A DNA stretch of 60,026 nucleotides from a virus (IMGVR_UViG_3300009448_000013:1-60026), one strand, 5' to 3'. Shown: positions 19,602-30,054, counted from the first letter of the stretch. Numbers and translations are program-made. Notes: generated by a model not told the origin, from the letters alone.

Positions 19602-21398
19602 ATGGCGCTCGTCATCCGGTGCGCGGCGCAGCCGAGCTCGACGTTCGGGTCACCCGACGCCCTCGTCGAGCGCGGCACGGCCATGCTCGCCAAATCGACG
19701 GCCGCGTTCGGTCTCTCGATCGTCAAGCGCATCGGCGATAAGTCGACGCCGAAAGCGATCCGCAAGGCCATCGACGCCGCCGAGCGCGCATGGCCCCGGC
19801 GCGTCTTTCAGCTGCCGCTCGAGCGCGAGCTAAAGCAAGGGCAGTGGCTTGGCGCTCTCGACGCTGATTTCGAGGCGGACACGGGCCGCGCCATCAAGGT
19901 GCTCTTGCGCGATCCCAAGCCGGACAACGACACCGATCCGGCGTTCGCGAAGCGCTCGCAGCACGTCGCCGAGGCCGAGTTCCTCTCGCGCGAGGTCGTC
20001 ACGCGCGACGTGTTCGACCAGATGGATCGCGCCGCGCAGCGCCGAGCGTTCACCGTCGCCGGCACCGTGACGAAAGACGTCGCTCGCACGGTCAAGCGAG
20101 AGCTCGCGCGGCAAGTCGCGCAGGGCGCCGAGCTTCGCGACTTCAAAAAGCACGCGCTCGCTCGGCTGAAAAGCGCGGGCTGGACCCCGCAGAACCCGAG
20201 CCACGCCGAGAACGTGCTCCGAACGAACGTGCTCGGCGCGTACAATTCGGGCCGAGCTCGCCAGATGAGCCAGCCCGCGGTGTTGCGAGCTCGGCCGTAC
20301 TGGCAGATCCTCACCGTCAACGACGGCCCGCCGCGGCAGCGCAAGACGCACCAAGCGGCGCACGGTATCGTGCTACGCGCCGACGATCCGTTCTGGCGCG
20401 AGGCCTACCCGCCTTTCGGTTACCAGTGCCGGTGCAGGGTCCGCTCGCTCTCGCAGGCGCAGGCCGAGGCGATCGGCATCACGAGCGGGTCGAGCGTGCG
20501 GGGGCTGCCCGACCCCGGCTTTGCATCGGGGTTCTCGGGGCTGCTCGACGTGCCCATCGTGCGCAGCATACCGGCAGCCAACGACGTCGAGCCGGCGGCA
20601 GCTGCGCCCGCGCCAAGCGCCCCACGAGCGCCCGCCCTGCCGCGGCGGCGGGCCCCCGCTCCGACGCCGCCCCCGTCGCCGAGGGCCTCGCTCGACGAGG
20701 CTGGACTCGCCCAGCACCTCGAGTCGATCGGCGTGCGAGCGGACGACAACGCCAGCCGGCAGCTGCGAGCCGTCGTCGGCGACGTGGCGGCGCAGGACGT
20801 CGATGCGTTTTTCGGGCGAGCGGCGTTCGCCGAGCTGCCGGGCGCGCGGGTCGCCGACATGATGAGGCAAGGCGACGACGTCGTGCTCGACATGCGCATT
20901 TACTCGGGCGCCGAGATCTCGGGCAGGCCCGTCGTGCGACTCATGCGCACATTCAGCCGGAATGGCAAAAAGACCGTCGTAAAGCACGACCTGCTCACCC
21001 TGGACAAAGAATTGCAGGGCGGCGGAATGGGCGCCCGGGTGATCGCCGACCAGGTGCGCGCGTACGAGCGGCTCGGCATCGACGAGATTCGGCTCGATGC
21101 CGCCTGGATTGGACAGTACTACTGGCCAAAGCTAGGCTTTGAGTGCACCCGCAAAGCGCTGCCGGTGTGGGTGGGCCGTTTCCGGGATTGGCTGCACGAG
21201 GAAGGCTTTACGACCGCGGCCGTCGACGCCATGACGACCGGCATCAAGTCGATGCGCGACATCGCGATCACGATGGCGGGCGAGCGAAAAGTGGGGAAAG
21301 ACTATCTGCTGAACGGACCTAGTTTCATTTCGGACCTGCGCATGCCGCTGAAAAAGGGCAAGTCGGTCGAGATCATGAAAAAAGAGCTCGGGATATGA
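19602..21398 (+). CDS. MuF (Mu gpF) head morphogenesis protein with C-terminal GNAT-like domain
   Basis: RAFTVAG, RTNVLGAYNSGR, RKTH, PPFGYQCRC; Pro/Ala linker; ELQGGGMG...YYWPKLGF. Confidence 0.85.
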   Translation: MALVIRCAAQPSSTFGSPDALVERGTAMLAKSTAAFGLSIVKRIGDKSTPKAIRKAIDAAERAWPRRVFQLPLERELKQGQWLGALDADFEADTGRAIKVLLRDPKPDNDTDPAFAKRSQHVAEAEFLSREVVTRDVFDQMDRAAQRRAFTVAGTVTKDVARTVKRELARQVAQGAELRDFKKHALARLKSAGWTPQNPSHAENVLRTNVLGAYNSGRARQMSQPAVLRARPYWQILTVNDGPPRQRKTHQAAHGIVLRADDPFWREAYPPFGYQCRCRVRSLSQAQAEAIGITSGSSVRGLPDPGFASGFSGLLDVPIVRSIPAANDVEPAAAAPAPSAPRAPALPRRRAPAPTPPPSPRASLDEAGLAQHLESIGVRADDNASRQLRAVVGDVAAQDVDAFFGRAAFAELPGARVADMMRQGDDVVLDMRIYSGAEISGRPVVRLMRTFSRNGKKTVVKHDLLTLDKELQGGGMGARVIADQVRAYERLGIDEIRLDAAWIGQYYWPKLGFECTRKALPVWVGRFRDWLHEEGFTTAAVDAMTTGIKSMRDIAITMAGERKVGKDYLLNGPSFISDLRMPLKKGKSVEIMKKELGI

Positions 21399-21571
21399 AG
21401 CGCAAGCGACGACGCGACCCCAAGGGCGAGGGCCTCGCCGACGACCTCATCGGCGACGATCCGACGCCGAGCGACGCGCGACGGTTCGACGAGGACGGCA
21501 TGCCGATCACGAAACGATCGACGTCGCTGCCGGCGCCGAGCGACGAGCCAACGCCCCGCTTGCCGAAATGA
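21395..21571 (+). CDS. small protein downstream of MuF-GNAT (candidate immunity protein)
   Basis: ATGA overlap; 58 aa MKRKRRRDPKGEGLADDLIG... Confidence 0.4.
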   Translation: MKRKRRRDPKGEGLADDLIGDDPTPSDARRFDEDGMPITKRSTSLPAPSDEPTPRLPK

Positions 21572-21596
21572 AACACTGCGCGTAGCCTGTCGCTCA

Positions 21597-23144
21597 ATGG
21601 CGGCAGCACGCCGGTACGAGAACCGGGCAACGTTCTTTGGCGACCTGACGCGGCTCGCCGATGTCTTGCCGTCGCCCCCGCCGGCGAACGACCAGGTGCC
21701 AACGGCGCCGGCGCCCACGGGCAAGACGTGCCCCGAGTACAAGTGGATTCACGTCGCCAATACCGGCGTGTATCGCGGCCACCATCAAGGCGAGTTCGAG
21801 CTCACCGCGCAAACGTTCGCGACGATGGTGGCGAACCTGCGGCGCGATCCGAAGTATCGCAACCCGCAGGCCGACGTCGGGCCCGTCGTCGTCGACGGCG
21901 CCGAGCTGTCGGGGCCATGGTCGAAAGTCATTCAGTACGATTTCGAGCACGCCTCGGAGATGGCCCCCTGGGAGGGCTCGATCCCCGACAAGGGCGTGCC
22001 GGCGCAAGGCTGGGTGCTCGACGTCGAGGTGCGGCAGCTCGCCGACGGTCGGGCGGCGCTGTTCGCCCTCTCCAAAATCCTGCCGCTCGCGCGGCACTAC
22101 ATCGAAACCGAGCAATACGAGAGCGTGTCGATCGCCTGGAACCCCGCGGGTGTGCACCCCGTGTCGGGCGAGGCCATCGGCGCCGTGCTCACTTCGATCG
22201 CGTTCACGAATCACCCGTTTGTGCGGGACCTGGCCCCCATCGCGGCAGCAAACCGCGCAGCTGGCCAAGTTCCGGCGAACGTTGTACAACCTAGGGCGCA
22301 GCTCGCGGAGGCACACGAGGGCGGCCCACCACAACCCGATCGAGTGGAGCCCATGACGCCCGAATCCCGAACTCGCCTCTGCAACATTTTCCACATCATG
22401 CCCGCGGCCGACGACGGCTCGGTCATCAAAGCTGCGGAGAACGCGGCGACGAATGGCAACGACCTCGCGGGGCTGCTCAAAGCCCTCGGGTTCACGACCG
22501 CCGCCGAGGCGCTGCCGGGTGTTGCCGACCTCATGAAAGCGCGCGTGTCGCTGCAAGAGCTCACCGCCAAGCTCGACTCGATCATGCGCGGCGACGAGCA
22601 GGCCGACGAGGCCGTTGCGCAGCAAGACGTCGCTGCGGCGTTCAGCGCCAAGCGGTTCGCCGATCCGAGCCTCGTGCTCGGCCTCACCGCGCACCGCAAC
22701 GACGCCGTCGCGGCCGAGATCAAAAAGCTGTCTGCTGAAAAGCAGAAGGACGTCGCCGAGGTGCGCCAAGCGCGCGAGCGCGGGCGTCAGTCGTTCCTGT
22801 TTCACTACGGCGTGAACACGAACCCGGCGCAGCAGCACTTGACGGCAACGTTCGTCGCTGGCCCGGGCGCGCAGGGCTCCCACGTGCAATACCCCGCGCC
22901 GCTGCCGGTGCCCGGTTACCCGCAGCCGATGGCGCTCGGCGGCCGTCCCTTGCAGCTGCCGCCCGCAGGGCCCGCGCAGGGGCAGACCGAGGCCGTCGAC
23001 TTGTCCACGTTCAGCGGGCGCAACGAGACCGAGCAGATCATCAGCTATCTGAGCTCGAAAGACCCCAAGTTCCGCGAGCAGTCGTGGGGCGTCCAGGTCT
23101 CGCGCGCGAGTCAGTGGCGCAAGGCGCACCGCCAAGCGGCTTGA
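21597..23144 (+). CDS. Mu-like prohead protease/scaffold (gpI/Z-like)
   Basis: YDFEH, PAQGWV, YESVS, LTSIAFTNHPFV; helical C-terminal half. Confidence 0.85.
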   Translation: MAAARRYENRATFFGDLTRLADVLPSPPPANDQVPTAPAPTGKTCPEYKWIHVANTGVYRGHHQGEFELTAQTFATMVANLRRDPKYRNPQADVGPVVVDGAELSGPWSKVIQYDFEHASEMAPWEGSIPDKGVPAQGWVLDVEVRQLADGRAALFALSKILPLARHYIETEQYESVSIAWNPAGVHPVSGEAIGAVLTSIAFTNHPFVRDLAPIAAANRAAGQVPANVVQPRAQLAEAHEGGPPQPDRVEPMTPESRTRLCNIFHIMPAADDGSVIKAAENAATNGNDLAGLLKALGFTTAAEALPGVADLMKARVSLQELTAKLDSIMRGDEQADEAVAQQDVAAAFSAKRFADPSLVLGLTAHRNDAVAAEIKKLSAEKQKDVAEVRQARERGRQSFLFHYGVNTNPAQQHLTATFVAGPGAQGSHVQYPAPLPVPGYPQPMALGGRPLQLPPAGPAQGQTEAVDLSTFSGRNETEQIISYLSSKDPKFREQSWGVQVSRASQWRKAHRQAA

Positions 23145-23219
23145 GCGCGAGAGCGTTCGCCGCACCCAACCAGATCCACATTTTGAACGCGTTAGTCCCT
23201 ACCCTCTAGGAGCAAGAAA

Positions 23220-23609
23220 ATGCCCGAACCAAGGCGAATCGTTCCGGACGGTGCCGTAAGGCCCGGCCTGAACTTGAGCGGCTCGACGATCGCCGTGAAC
23301 CGGATCGTCGTGCAAGGCGCTGCCATCGATCAGGTGGCGCAAGCCGCTGCCGCCACGGCGCCGTATTTCGGCGTCACCATGCAGGCCATCGCGAACAACG
23401 CGGCCGGCGACATTCAGACCAAGGGCAAGGCGACGATCGCGTCGGGCGCTGCGGTCGCGAAAAACGTCAACGTCATGAGCGACGCCACCGGGCGAGCCAT
23501 CCTCGCGACGGCTACCAACAACGTCATGGGGCGCACCGTCACGTCGACCAGCGCCGCCGACCAGGTGCTCGAGGTCGAGCTCTGCGATCAGCCGCAGGTC
23601 GCGCCGTAA
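23220..23609 (+). CDS. capsid decoration/cement protein (DUF2190-like)
   Basis: 129 aa, small-residue rich, between protease and capsid. Confidence 0.7.
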   Translation: MPEPRRIVPDGAVRPGLNLSGSTIAVNRIVVQGAAIDQVAQAAAATAPYFGVTMQAIANNAAGDIQTKGKATIASGAAVAKNVNVMSDATGRAILATATNNVMGRTVTSTSAADQVLEVELCDQPQVAP

Positions 23610-23647
23610 TCCCACCCCCGCACCACCGCCGAGGACCACAAGCCATC

Positions 23648-24898
23648 ATGCAAAACATTTTCGGGATGTCTCAAAACGCGGGGCTCATGCCTCTCGGGAA
23701 CGGCACGCTCACGGGCGACATTGCCCGCCTGCTCGCGCAGACCCACGGGCAGCAGCCCGGCGGTTGGCTCACCCAAGGCATGCCCCCCGGCGGCATGCCG
23801 GGCCTCGGCCACATGCTTCAGAGCATGCAGCAGCACGGGGTGAACCCGCTCGCGTCCTACGGCGGGCGGCAGTCGATCGCGGTGCAGCTCGCCGCCGACG
23901 TCGCCGGCGTCGGCATGCGCGGTCAGACCCTCATGCTCGCTCTGCAGCCGCAGGACGTGCACGTTGCCGAGGAGATCGACACCTATCTCGCGGGCTACGC
24001 GCCCGCCGAGTTCCGTGCCGACGAGGCCGTGCCGATTATCTCGGTGCCGCAGCTGACCGATCAGTTCCGCACCTTCACGGAAAACAACGCGTTCCGCGTC
24101 GTGAACGTGCTCGCCTCGACTCAGTCGGCGATCAACGAGGTCGACCCCGAGACGATTCTGCGCACGTATCTGTGCGTCGACCGCGCCATCGGCGGGTTCA
24201 TCCCGAACGTAACGCAGCACACGGCGACCAAGGCGTTCGACCCCCGGCAGGCGCTCGCGCGTCGCATCCGGTGGGCGCTCGCGCTCGAGCGTGAGGTGCG
24301 CATTTTCGGTGCGACCGGTCTGCTCACGACGACCGGCAACTGGACCGCCGCGAACGTGCGCACCATCGGCGGCGGCCTCGAGTGGGATACCGCGACGGGT
24401 AACCCGATTCTCGACCTCTTGCGTGCCGACGAGGCGAGCGTGATGCCCATCACCGACTGGTGGATGAGCCCGATCGATTTCAATAACTTTCTGCTGAACG
24501 CGAACGTGCGCGAGCACATGCGTCAAATGCTCGGCGACAACGCCCCGAGCCCGGACATCGCGCAGCGGCAGAATGACATCGTGATCCCGGGTATCGCGCC
24601 GATCCACAAGGTGAGCGGCAAGGTGCTGAACGAGACCACGGGCGCGATCGGCTACATCATGGGCGAAACCGTCGTCGGCACGCGCACCCCCCCGGGTGGC
24701 GACAAGAACCCCGAGGACATTCAAACGGCCGTGACGTGGCGGTTCAATGGCCCGAGCGGCACCGGGTTTATCACTCGCGAGTTCGAGGTGCCCGGCCGCG
24801 GTCTGCACGCGGGGCAAATGATGGTGAGCGGTTACAGCGAGGACCCCCGGTTCATCGCGAACAACGTCGGCGCGCTCATCCTGAACACGCGCGCGTAA
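23648..24898 (+). CDS. major capsid protein
   Basis: Position, size, strong codon bias, WD...NPILD motif, followed by a terminator. Confidence 0.8.
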   Translation: MQNIFGMSQNAGLMPLGNGTLTGDIARLLAQTHGQQPGGWLTQGMPPGGMPGLGHMLQSMQQHGVNPLASYGGRQSIAVQLAADVAGVGMRGQTLMLALQPQDVHVAEEIDTYLAGYAPAEFRADEAVPIISVPQLTDQFRTFTENNAFRVVNVLASTQSAINEVDPETILRTYLCVDRAIGGFIPNVTQHTATKAFDPRQALARRIRWALALEREVRIFGATGLLTTTGNWTAANVRTIGGGLEWDTATGNPILDLLRADEASVMPITDWWMSPIDFNNFLLNANVREHMRQMLGDNAPSPDIAQRQNDIVIPGIAPIHKVSGKVLNETTGAIGYIMGETVVGTRTPPGGDKNPEDIQTAVTWRFNGPSGTGFITREFEVPGRGLHAGQMMVSGYSEDPRFIANNVGALILNTRA

Positions 24899-24925
24899 GC
24901 CATTCGAGCGCGCTCAGCGCGAAAA

Positions 24926-24964
24926 GACGGGCCGCCTTTCGGTTAGGGCGGCCCGTCGCTTTTC
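24926..24964 (+). terminator. intrinsic terminator after capsid gene
   Basis: GACGGGCCGCC/GGCGGCCCGTC stem followed by GCTTTTCT. Confidence 0.75.
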
Positions 24965-25007
24965 TGGTAGTCTGCACGCTGTCAACCTCAATAGGAGCAA
25001 CGCCAAG

Positions 25008-25487
25008 ATGGCCAACAAAGCACCCACCCCGCCGCCCGCCGTACCGTCCACCGAGGGCGGCGCGCCCACTGCCGGCGCCTCGTCAATCGGCGCAGCGCCC
25101 GGGCTCGACCTGCCGGCAAGCGGTGGCCAAAGCAGCCTCGCGAGCCCGCCCCCGGGCGGTGTCGGCGGCGTTCTGCCCCCGCAGAATCCCCCGACGGACG
25201 GCGGCGCAACGCAGCGAGTCGCGCCCGTCGAGGAACCCAAAGCGTTCGTGAAGGAAAGCAAAGAGGCTTTCAGCGCGAGGCCCGACCCGCAGCAACCCGT
25301 CGGCGACGACGTGCCGGTCGTGCGTTACAACTGGTCGGGCTTGTACAAGAACCGGCGAGCCGACGTCGCGAGCGGCACCCCCGTCAACGGCTTGCCGCAC
25401 GACCTCATTCGCGAGATCGAGGCAACGCGCAATGCCGTGATCGCGCCGCGTGGCGCCAAGCTCCCCGACAACCCGTTCACGCGCTAA
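25008..25487 (+). CDS. Pro/Gly-rich hypothetical virion protein
   Basis: AGGAG RBS; position after capsid. Confidence 0.6.
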   Translation: MANKAPTPPPAVPSTEGGAPTAGASSIGAAPGLDLPASGGQSSLASPPPGGVGGVLPPQNPPTDGGATQRVAPVEEPKAFVKESKEAFSARPDPQQPVGDDVPVVRYNWSGLYKNRRADVASGTPVNGLPHDLIREIEATRNAVIAPRGAKLPDNPFTR

Positions 25488-25496
25488 GCTCAAAGC

Positions 25497-25988
25497 GTGG
25501 CTAACTGGACCTCGGTCGAGGAACTCGTTCGAAAGCTCGGTCGCCGCCGGGTGATCGAGCTATTCGACGAGGACGGCGACGGCACCATCGACACGGGCGA
25601 CGACGCCACGACGGTCGACGACACCGTCGCCGCCGCGAACGACGAGGTCACGGGGGTTTTGCTGCGCAAGGGGTTTAGCGCCGAGCAGCTCAATGGGCTC
25701 AGCGAGGACGCATCGCTACGCCGCCACGCGACGAGCATCCTCGCGCAGCTCGCCGGCGAGCGAAAAACAGAGTTCCTCGATGCCGAGGGCAAGGGGCCTT
25801 ACGACGCCATCGGCGAGCGCGCTCGCAAAGAGCTCGAAAAGTTCAGCCGCGGCGAGAAACGTTCGCGGCTCGAGGACCAGGCCGGCGACAATCCGATCGT
25901 CGGCGGCGACGTGAACCTCGGCTCGCCGGTGTTCATTTTCAGCCGCGACCCCCGCAACCCGGGCACGAGCGGCCCCGGGGGGTTCTAG
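25497..25988 (+). CDS. head-tail adaptor, DUF1320/Mu gp36-like
   Basis: WTSVEEL...LFDEDGDG...AANDEVTGVL...ARKELEK pattern. Confidence 0.75.
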   Translation: MANWTSVEELVRKLGRRRVIELFDEDGDGTIDTGDDATTVDDTVAAANDEVTGVLLRKGFSAEQLNGLSEDASLRRHATSILAQLAGERKTEFLDAEGKGPYDAIGERARKELEKFSRGEKRSRLEDQAGDNPIVGGDVNLGSPVFIFSRDPRNPGTSGPGGF

Positions 25989-26229
25989 CGCCGTGGCCCG
26001 CGGCGGCCCCGGGCAGGCACGCGCGGCGCGCGTTCGGGGGCAGAGCCGCCAGTTGTCGACGGGCCACTGCCCGCGCTGCCACGGGGGCGAGGAAGCGGCG
26101 CCGTGCACGTGTCTCATTCAGGACCGGTGCAGCGACACGAGCGACAAGGGCCGGCAATGCATTCAAGGGGTCGGCCACTCGCTGCGGCATTTCGACGCGG
26201 CCGGTAATTACTGGGATTGAAACGGGAGG

Positions 26230-26544
26230 TTGACGGTGCACAACTCACAACGGATCGAGGATTTGCAGCAGGCCGCCGTCGGGCTCGAGGACGACGCCAC
26301 CAAGGCGGCCGCCGCGGGGCAGACCGTGCGCGCCAACGACCTGCGCAATAGCGCCGCGTACTACCGGCGGCGCGCCAGCAGCGCCGACCGCACCGCCGGG
26401 CTGCGGCAGCTGCACGAGGCGCAAATGACGCTGCTCAAGGCCATCGTGACCGAGCCGGGCACGCCGCGGGCGGGATACGTCGAGCCCGCGCGCGCGCCGG
26501 CGACGACGCTGCCCGAGCCCGTCCGCACCGAACCCTACGGCTGA
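26230..26544 (+). CDS. hypothetical protein
   Basis: ORF TGATG-coupled to next gene; start uncertain. Confidence 0.5.
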   Translation: MTVHNSQRIEDLQQAAVGLEDDATKAAAAGQTVRANDLRNSAAYYRRRASSADRTAGLRQLHEAQMTLLKAIVTEPGTPRAGYVEPARAPATTLPEPVRTEPYG

Positions 26545-27047
26545 TGGCGCGCTTTTCGATCCTCCGGCGCGGCGGCACGGGCGGCAGCTCGCGCAAGGGG
26601 GTCGACCTCGATTTCGGGCCGTTCGTCGACGCCATGCGGCAGCTCGAGGCGGCGGGCGCGGGCGTCGCCGCCGAGGTGACGCCGGTCATCGCCGAACTCC
26701 TCGTGTCGAGCGTGCTCGAGGTGTTCGAGAAGGAGGGGGCCGTTCCCGGCGGCGCGGCATGGCCCGACCTCGCGCCGAGCACCAAAGAGAAGCGCGCCAA
26801 GCGGCAGGCCTCGGGCGTGTTCAAAATCTTGCAGGACTCCGGCGTGATGGTGGGATCGATTACGCCGTACAGCGAGGCCATGGCCGCCGAGGCGTTTTCG
26901 AACGTGCCGTATGCCGGCTATCACGTGAGCCAGCGCGCCCGCAGTAAGATCCCGCTGCGCGACTTTACCGCGATCGACTTCGAGACGGCGCAGCGCGAGG
27001 CGACGGACATCGTCCTTGCACAGCTGATGGCCGGAGCGGCAGAGTGA
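26544..27047 (+). CDS. virion morphogenesis protein (Mu gpG-like)
   Basis: WPDLAPST, ILQDSG, SNVPYAGYH, IPLRDF. Confidence 0.85.
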   Translation: MARFSILRRGGTGGSSRKGVDLDFGPFVDAMRQLEAAGAGVAAEVTPVIAELLVSSVLEVFEKEGAVPGGAAWPDLAPSTKEKRAKRQASGVFKILQDSGVMVGSITPYSEAMAAEAFSNVPYAGYHVSQRARSKIPLRDFTAIDFETAQREATDIVLAQLMAGAAE

Positions 27048-27051
27048 TGCC

Positions 27052-28068
27052 ATGACGACGCCCGTCGATCACGACGCCATCGAGCAGCTCGCACGGGCCA
27101 TGTTCGGGCAGCTGTCGCCGCTCACGGGCACCCGAGGCACGGGCACGGTCACCGTCAACAACCCCACGCTCGCGGCCATCGAGCTGCCGCCGAACATGTA
27201 TCTTTTGCCCGTCCTGTCGCATGGCACGGGCACCAATATCGCCGAGCTCGCTGACGACCTCGTGTTCAAGATCGCCCCAAACCCCGCCACGGCCGGGCCC
27301 CACGAGACGGGCGGCGCGTGGACCATTCCCGCCGGCGGCTCGCTCCCGGTCGCCATTCGCTCGAACCTCGGCGGCGCTCGCCACAACATGCCCGCCGGCA
27401 CCGTGTTCAAGTGGGACCCGCCCCTCGACGGCCTCGCGCTTTCGGCGGTGCTCGACGCGGACATCACGGACGCTGCCGACGCCGCCGAGACGGCGCTCGC
27501 CCTGCGGCGCGTGGTCTATTATGAGGAGCTCGACGCCGCCGCCCTCGAGCGCGATATCCACGGCGGGCGGCTCTCGCAACTGCCCGGGCTGATGCTCGTG
27601 TGGCAGCAATCGCTTCCCGCCGAGGGGCGCACCGCCGGGACGAACCAGGGCTCGACCCGACTCGCCGACGGCGTGCGCGCGTTCAGCGAGAATTATCGGC
27701 TGTTCATCGTCGCCGCCAACCGGTCGAGCGACAGCAAGCGACGGGCGAGCGGGCTCCGGCTCATGCAAGCCGTGACGAGGCTGCTCACCGACCAGCAACG
27801 CACCACCGACGGCGAGCAGCTCACGAGCCTCGGGTCTCTCGAAATCTTGAACCGCTCGCGGTTCGTGCGGGGCGATCGGTTTTACGTGTACGCCCTCGCC
27901 CTACGGCTGAACCGGCTCGTCGTGCGCGTCGATAACCGCTCGTTCGTTCCGTGGCTCCGCACTGACCTCGAGATGGCGCTGCCGGGGCGGGAGGCGCCCG
28001 AGCCGTCGACGCCGGCGACGGTCGTCGACATCGGCGTGCCCATTCCGCCTGGGCCGCTCGGGCCGTAG
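27052..28068 (+). CDS. putative tail completion/terminator protein
   Basis: Position between gpG and sheath. Confidence 0.55.
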   Translation: MTTPVDHDAIEQLARAMFGQLSPLTGTRGTGTVTVNNPTLAAIELPPNMYLLPVLSHGTGTNIAELADDLVFKIAPNPATAGPHETGGAWTIPAGGSLPVAIRSNLGGARHNMPAGTVFKWDPPLDGLALSAVLDADITDAADAAETALALRRVVYYEELDAAALERDIHGGRLSQLPGLMLVWQQSLPAEGRTAGTNQGSTRLADGVRAFSENYRLFIVAANRSSDSKRRASGLRLMQAVTRLLTDQQRTTDGEQLTSLGSLEILNRSRFVRGDRFYVYALALRLNRLVVRVDNRSFVPWLRTDLEMALPGREAPEPSTPATVVDIGVPIPPGPLGP

Positions 28069-28151
28069 TCGCCGCCGTCCATGGGCGACGTCGCCGCTGC
28101 AGGACCGCGACGCCTCGACGAGTTGTCGCCGCTCGTGTAGGCTTGCCCGTG

Positions 28152-28457
28152 ATGGCCGATTCGCCGTTCGCGTTGTTCGTTTCCTCTGTCGAGGGCAGCC
28201 TCGTCACCCGGCACGGCACGCGCACGTTCATCGGCGCCACCCGTCGGGCGAAAGAGCCGACGGTGATCGACTGGCAGCCCGATGTCATCGTCGCGATCCC
28301 GCACGATGAATACCGCCGCTATCGGCGGGAGTACGATCGGGCGCTGCGCGACAAGTCGCTCGCCAAGCGGACCGAGGCCGAGTGGCGAGCTCAGAACCGA
28401 CAAGAGGCAAAAGAAGCAAACCAGCAGGGGGCAGGCACGCCCTCGGCGCCGACCTAA
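28152..28457 (+). CDS. small protein preceding the tail sheath
   Basis: Occupies the position of Mu gp38. Confidence 0.55.
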   Translation: MADSPFALFVSSVEGSLVTRHGTRTFIGATRRAKEPTVIDWQPDVIVAIPHDEYRRYRREYDRALRDKSLAKRTEAEWRAQNRQEAKEANQQGAGTPSAPT

Positions 28458-28475
28458 AGCGCTGGAGTCTAAAAC

Positions 28476-29987
28476 ATGACCGTGCCTGTCGCCGTCTCGT
28501 CGACGGTAAAAACCCCAGGGCTGTACCTCGTAGTCGATCTGCTCGGCGAGCCAGCAAACCCCGGCTCGGGCGTACTGCGAGGCCTCATCGCGTGCCCCAA
28601 GTCGGCCGCGGGCAACATCACGCCCGACACCGAGGTTCGGGCCGTGTTCGGGCCCGAGGACGTCGCCACCGCGCTCGGAGCCGGCACGCCCGGGCACCTC
28701 GCCGCCAAGCGGCTGTTTGCCGCTCACGGGCTCGCGAGCGTGGATGTCGTCGCCCCCACGGCGGCCGCGGGCGTCGTCGCCACCGGCACCCAAACGTTCA
28801 CGGGGCCAGCGACGCAAAACAGCGTCGTGCGCTTTCGGGTGTGCGGGCGAATCGTCGACGTCGCCTGGAACAACGGCGAGAGCGTGGCGGCGTTCCACGC
28901 CCGGGCCGTGCTAGCCATCAATGCGATCGGCGACGACCTGCCCGTTACGGCAGGCGGCGCGAGCCCGAACCTGCTTTACACCGCCAAGTTCGCCGGGCTG
29001 TGGGGCAACGACGTGAAGATCAACGCGTCGATTCTGTCAGGCGGCGGCGGCATCGCGGTTTCCGTGAACCCGGCGGCGCTCACCGGCGGCACGCTCGAGC
29101 CGGACTTTACGACCGCGCTCTCGAACGTATCGAACAAGGAATACCGCCGGATCGTCGCGTGCGTCTCGAACGCGGACGCGATCAGCAACTCGGCGACGAG
29201 CAACCCCGGACGCCTCGCGACCCACATCGACGGGAACGAAACGGGCAATCAAGCCAAACTGCAGATCGGCGTCGTGGGCTGCACCGACACGATCGCCAAC
29301 GTGCAGGTCGGCGCCATCGCCAAGAACAACGAGGCTTTCGAGTATGTGTACGGGCAAAACTGGGAGGATTTGCCCTGCGAGCTCGCCGGCGCCGAGGCGG
29401 GCGACGCGCTGAAGTTCGTGGCCATCCGGGCGAACTACAACCGGATCAATAACAAGCTGCTCTTGAAGGGCCCGCGCGACACCGTCGCCGACAAGCTCAC
29501 GGCGAACGAGACCGAGACGCTGCTCAATAACGGTGTGACGCCGCTCGACATCGAGCAGCTCACCGGCGAAAAGTTCCTCGTGCGGCCCATCACGACGCAC
29601 TCGCTCAATGGCGCGTCGCCCGACTATCGCGCGTTCGACCTGTCAGACACCGACGGCATGTATTCCGTCGCCGCCGACCTTCGCACGGCGCTTCCCGTCG
29701 AGTTCGCGAACACGTCGATCACGCCGGATCTGCCCGCCGGCGCGAACCGTTTGCCCGCCGGCGTCACCGAGCGGAAAGACGTGCAGGCGTTCGTCGAGAG
29801 CCGGCTCGGTCTGCACGTGAATCTCGGCGTCGTCGAGGGCGCACGGCTCGACAGCACCATCGAAGCGGGCGAGCTCATCGTCGAGATCAACTCGTCGGAC
29901 GCGAGCCAGGTCGACATTTTCATTCCGATCGCCATCGTCAAGCCCCTCGCCAAGATGGGCGTAGTGGCGCAAAAGCTAGCCTCGTAA
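28476..29987 (+). CDS. contractile tail sheath protein (Mu gpL-like)
   Basis: VKTPGLY, GLWGNDV, LTGGTLEPD, LLNNGVTPL, RPITT. Confidence 0.9.
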   Translation: MTVPVAVSSTVKTPGLYLVVDLLGEPANPGSGVLRGLIACPKSAAGNITPDTEVRAVFGPEDVATALGAGTPGHLAAKRLFAAHGLASVDVVAPTAAAGVVATGTQTFTGPATQNSVVRFRVCGRIVDVAWNNGESVAAFHARAVLAINAIGDDLPVTAGGASPNLLYTAKFAGLWGNDVKINASILSGGGGIAVSVNPAALTGGTLEPDFTTALSNVSNKEYRRIVACVSNADAISNSATSNPGRLATHIDGNETGNQAKLQIGVVGCTDTIANVQVGAIAKNNEAFEYVYGQNWEDLPCELAGAEAGDALKFVAIRANYNRINNKLLLKGPRDTVADKLTANETETLLNNGVTPLDIEQLTGEKFLVRPITTHSLNGASPDYRAFDLSDTDGMYSVAADLRTALPVEFANTSITPDLPAGANRLPAGVTERKDVQAFVESRLGLHVNLGVVEGARLDSTIEAGELIVEINSSDASQVDIFIPIAIVKPLAKMGVVAQKLAS

Positions 29988-30054
29988 CCCCGGGCGTCGC
30001 CGACGCCGGCATTCGACGTCGCCCGAGTACTCTGGCGACACCCACGGAGCACCA

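Noticed and set aside
25993-26220. 75-aa Cys-rich ORF
   Set aside because: Plausible, but it has no RBS or recognisable family; not supported enough to list.
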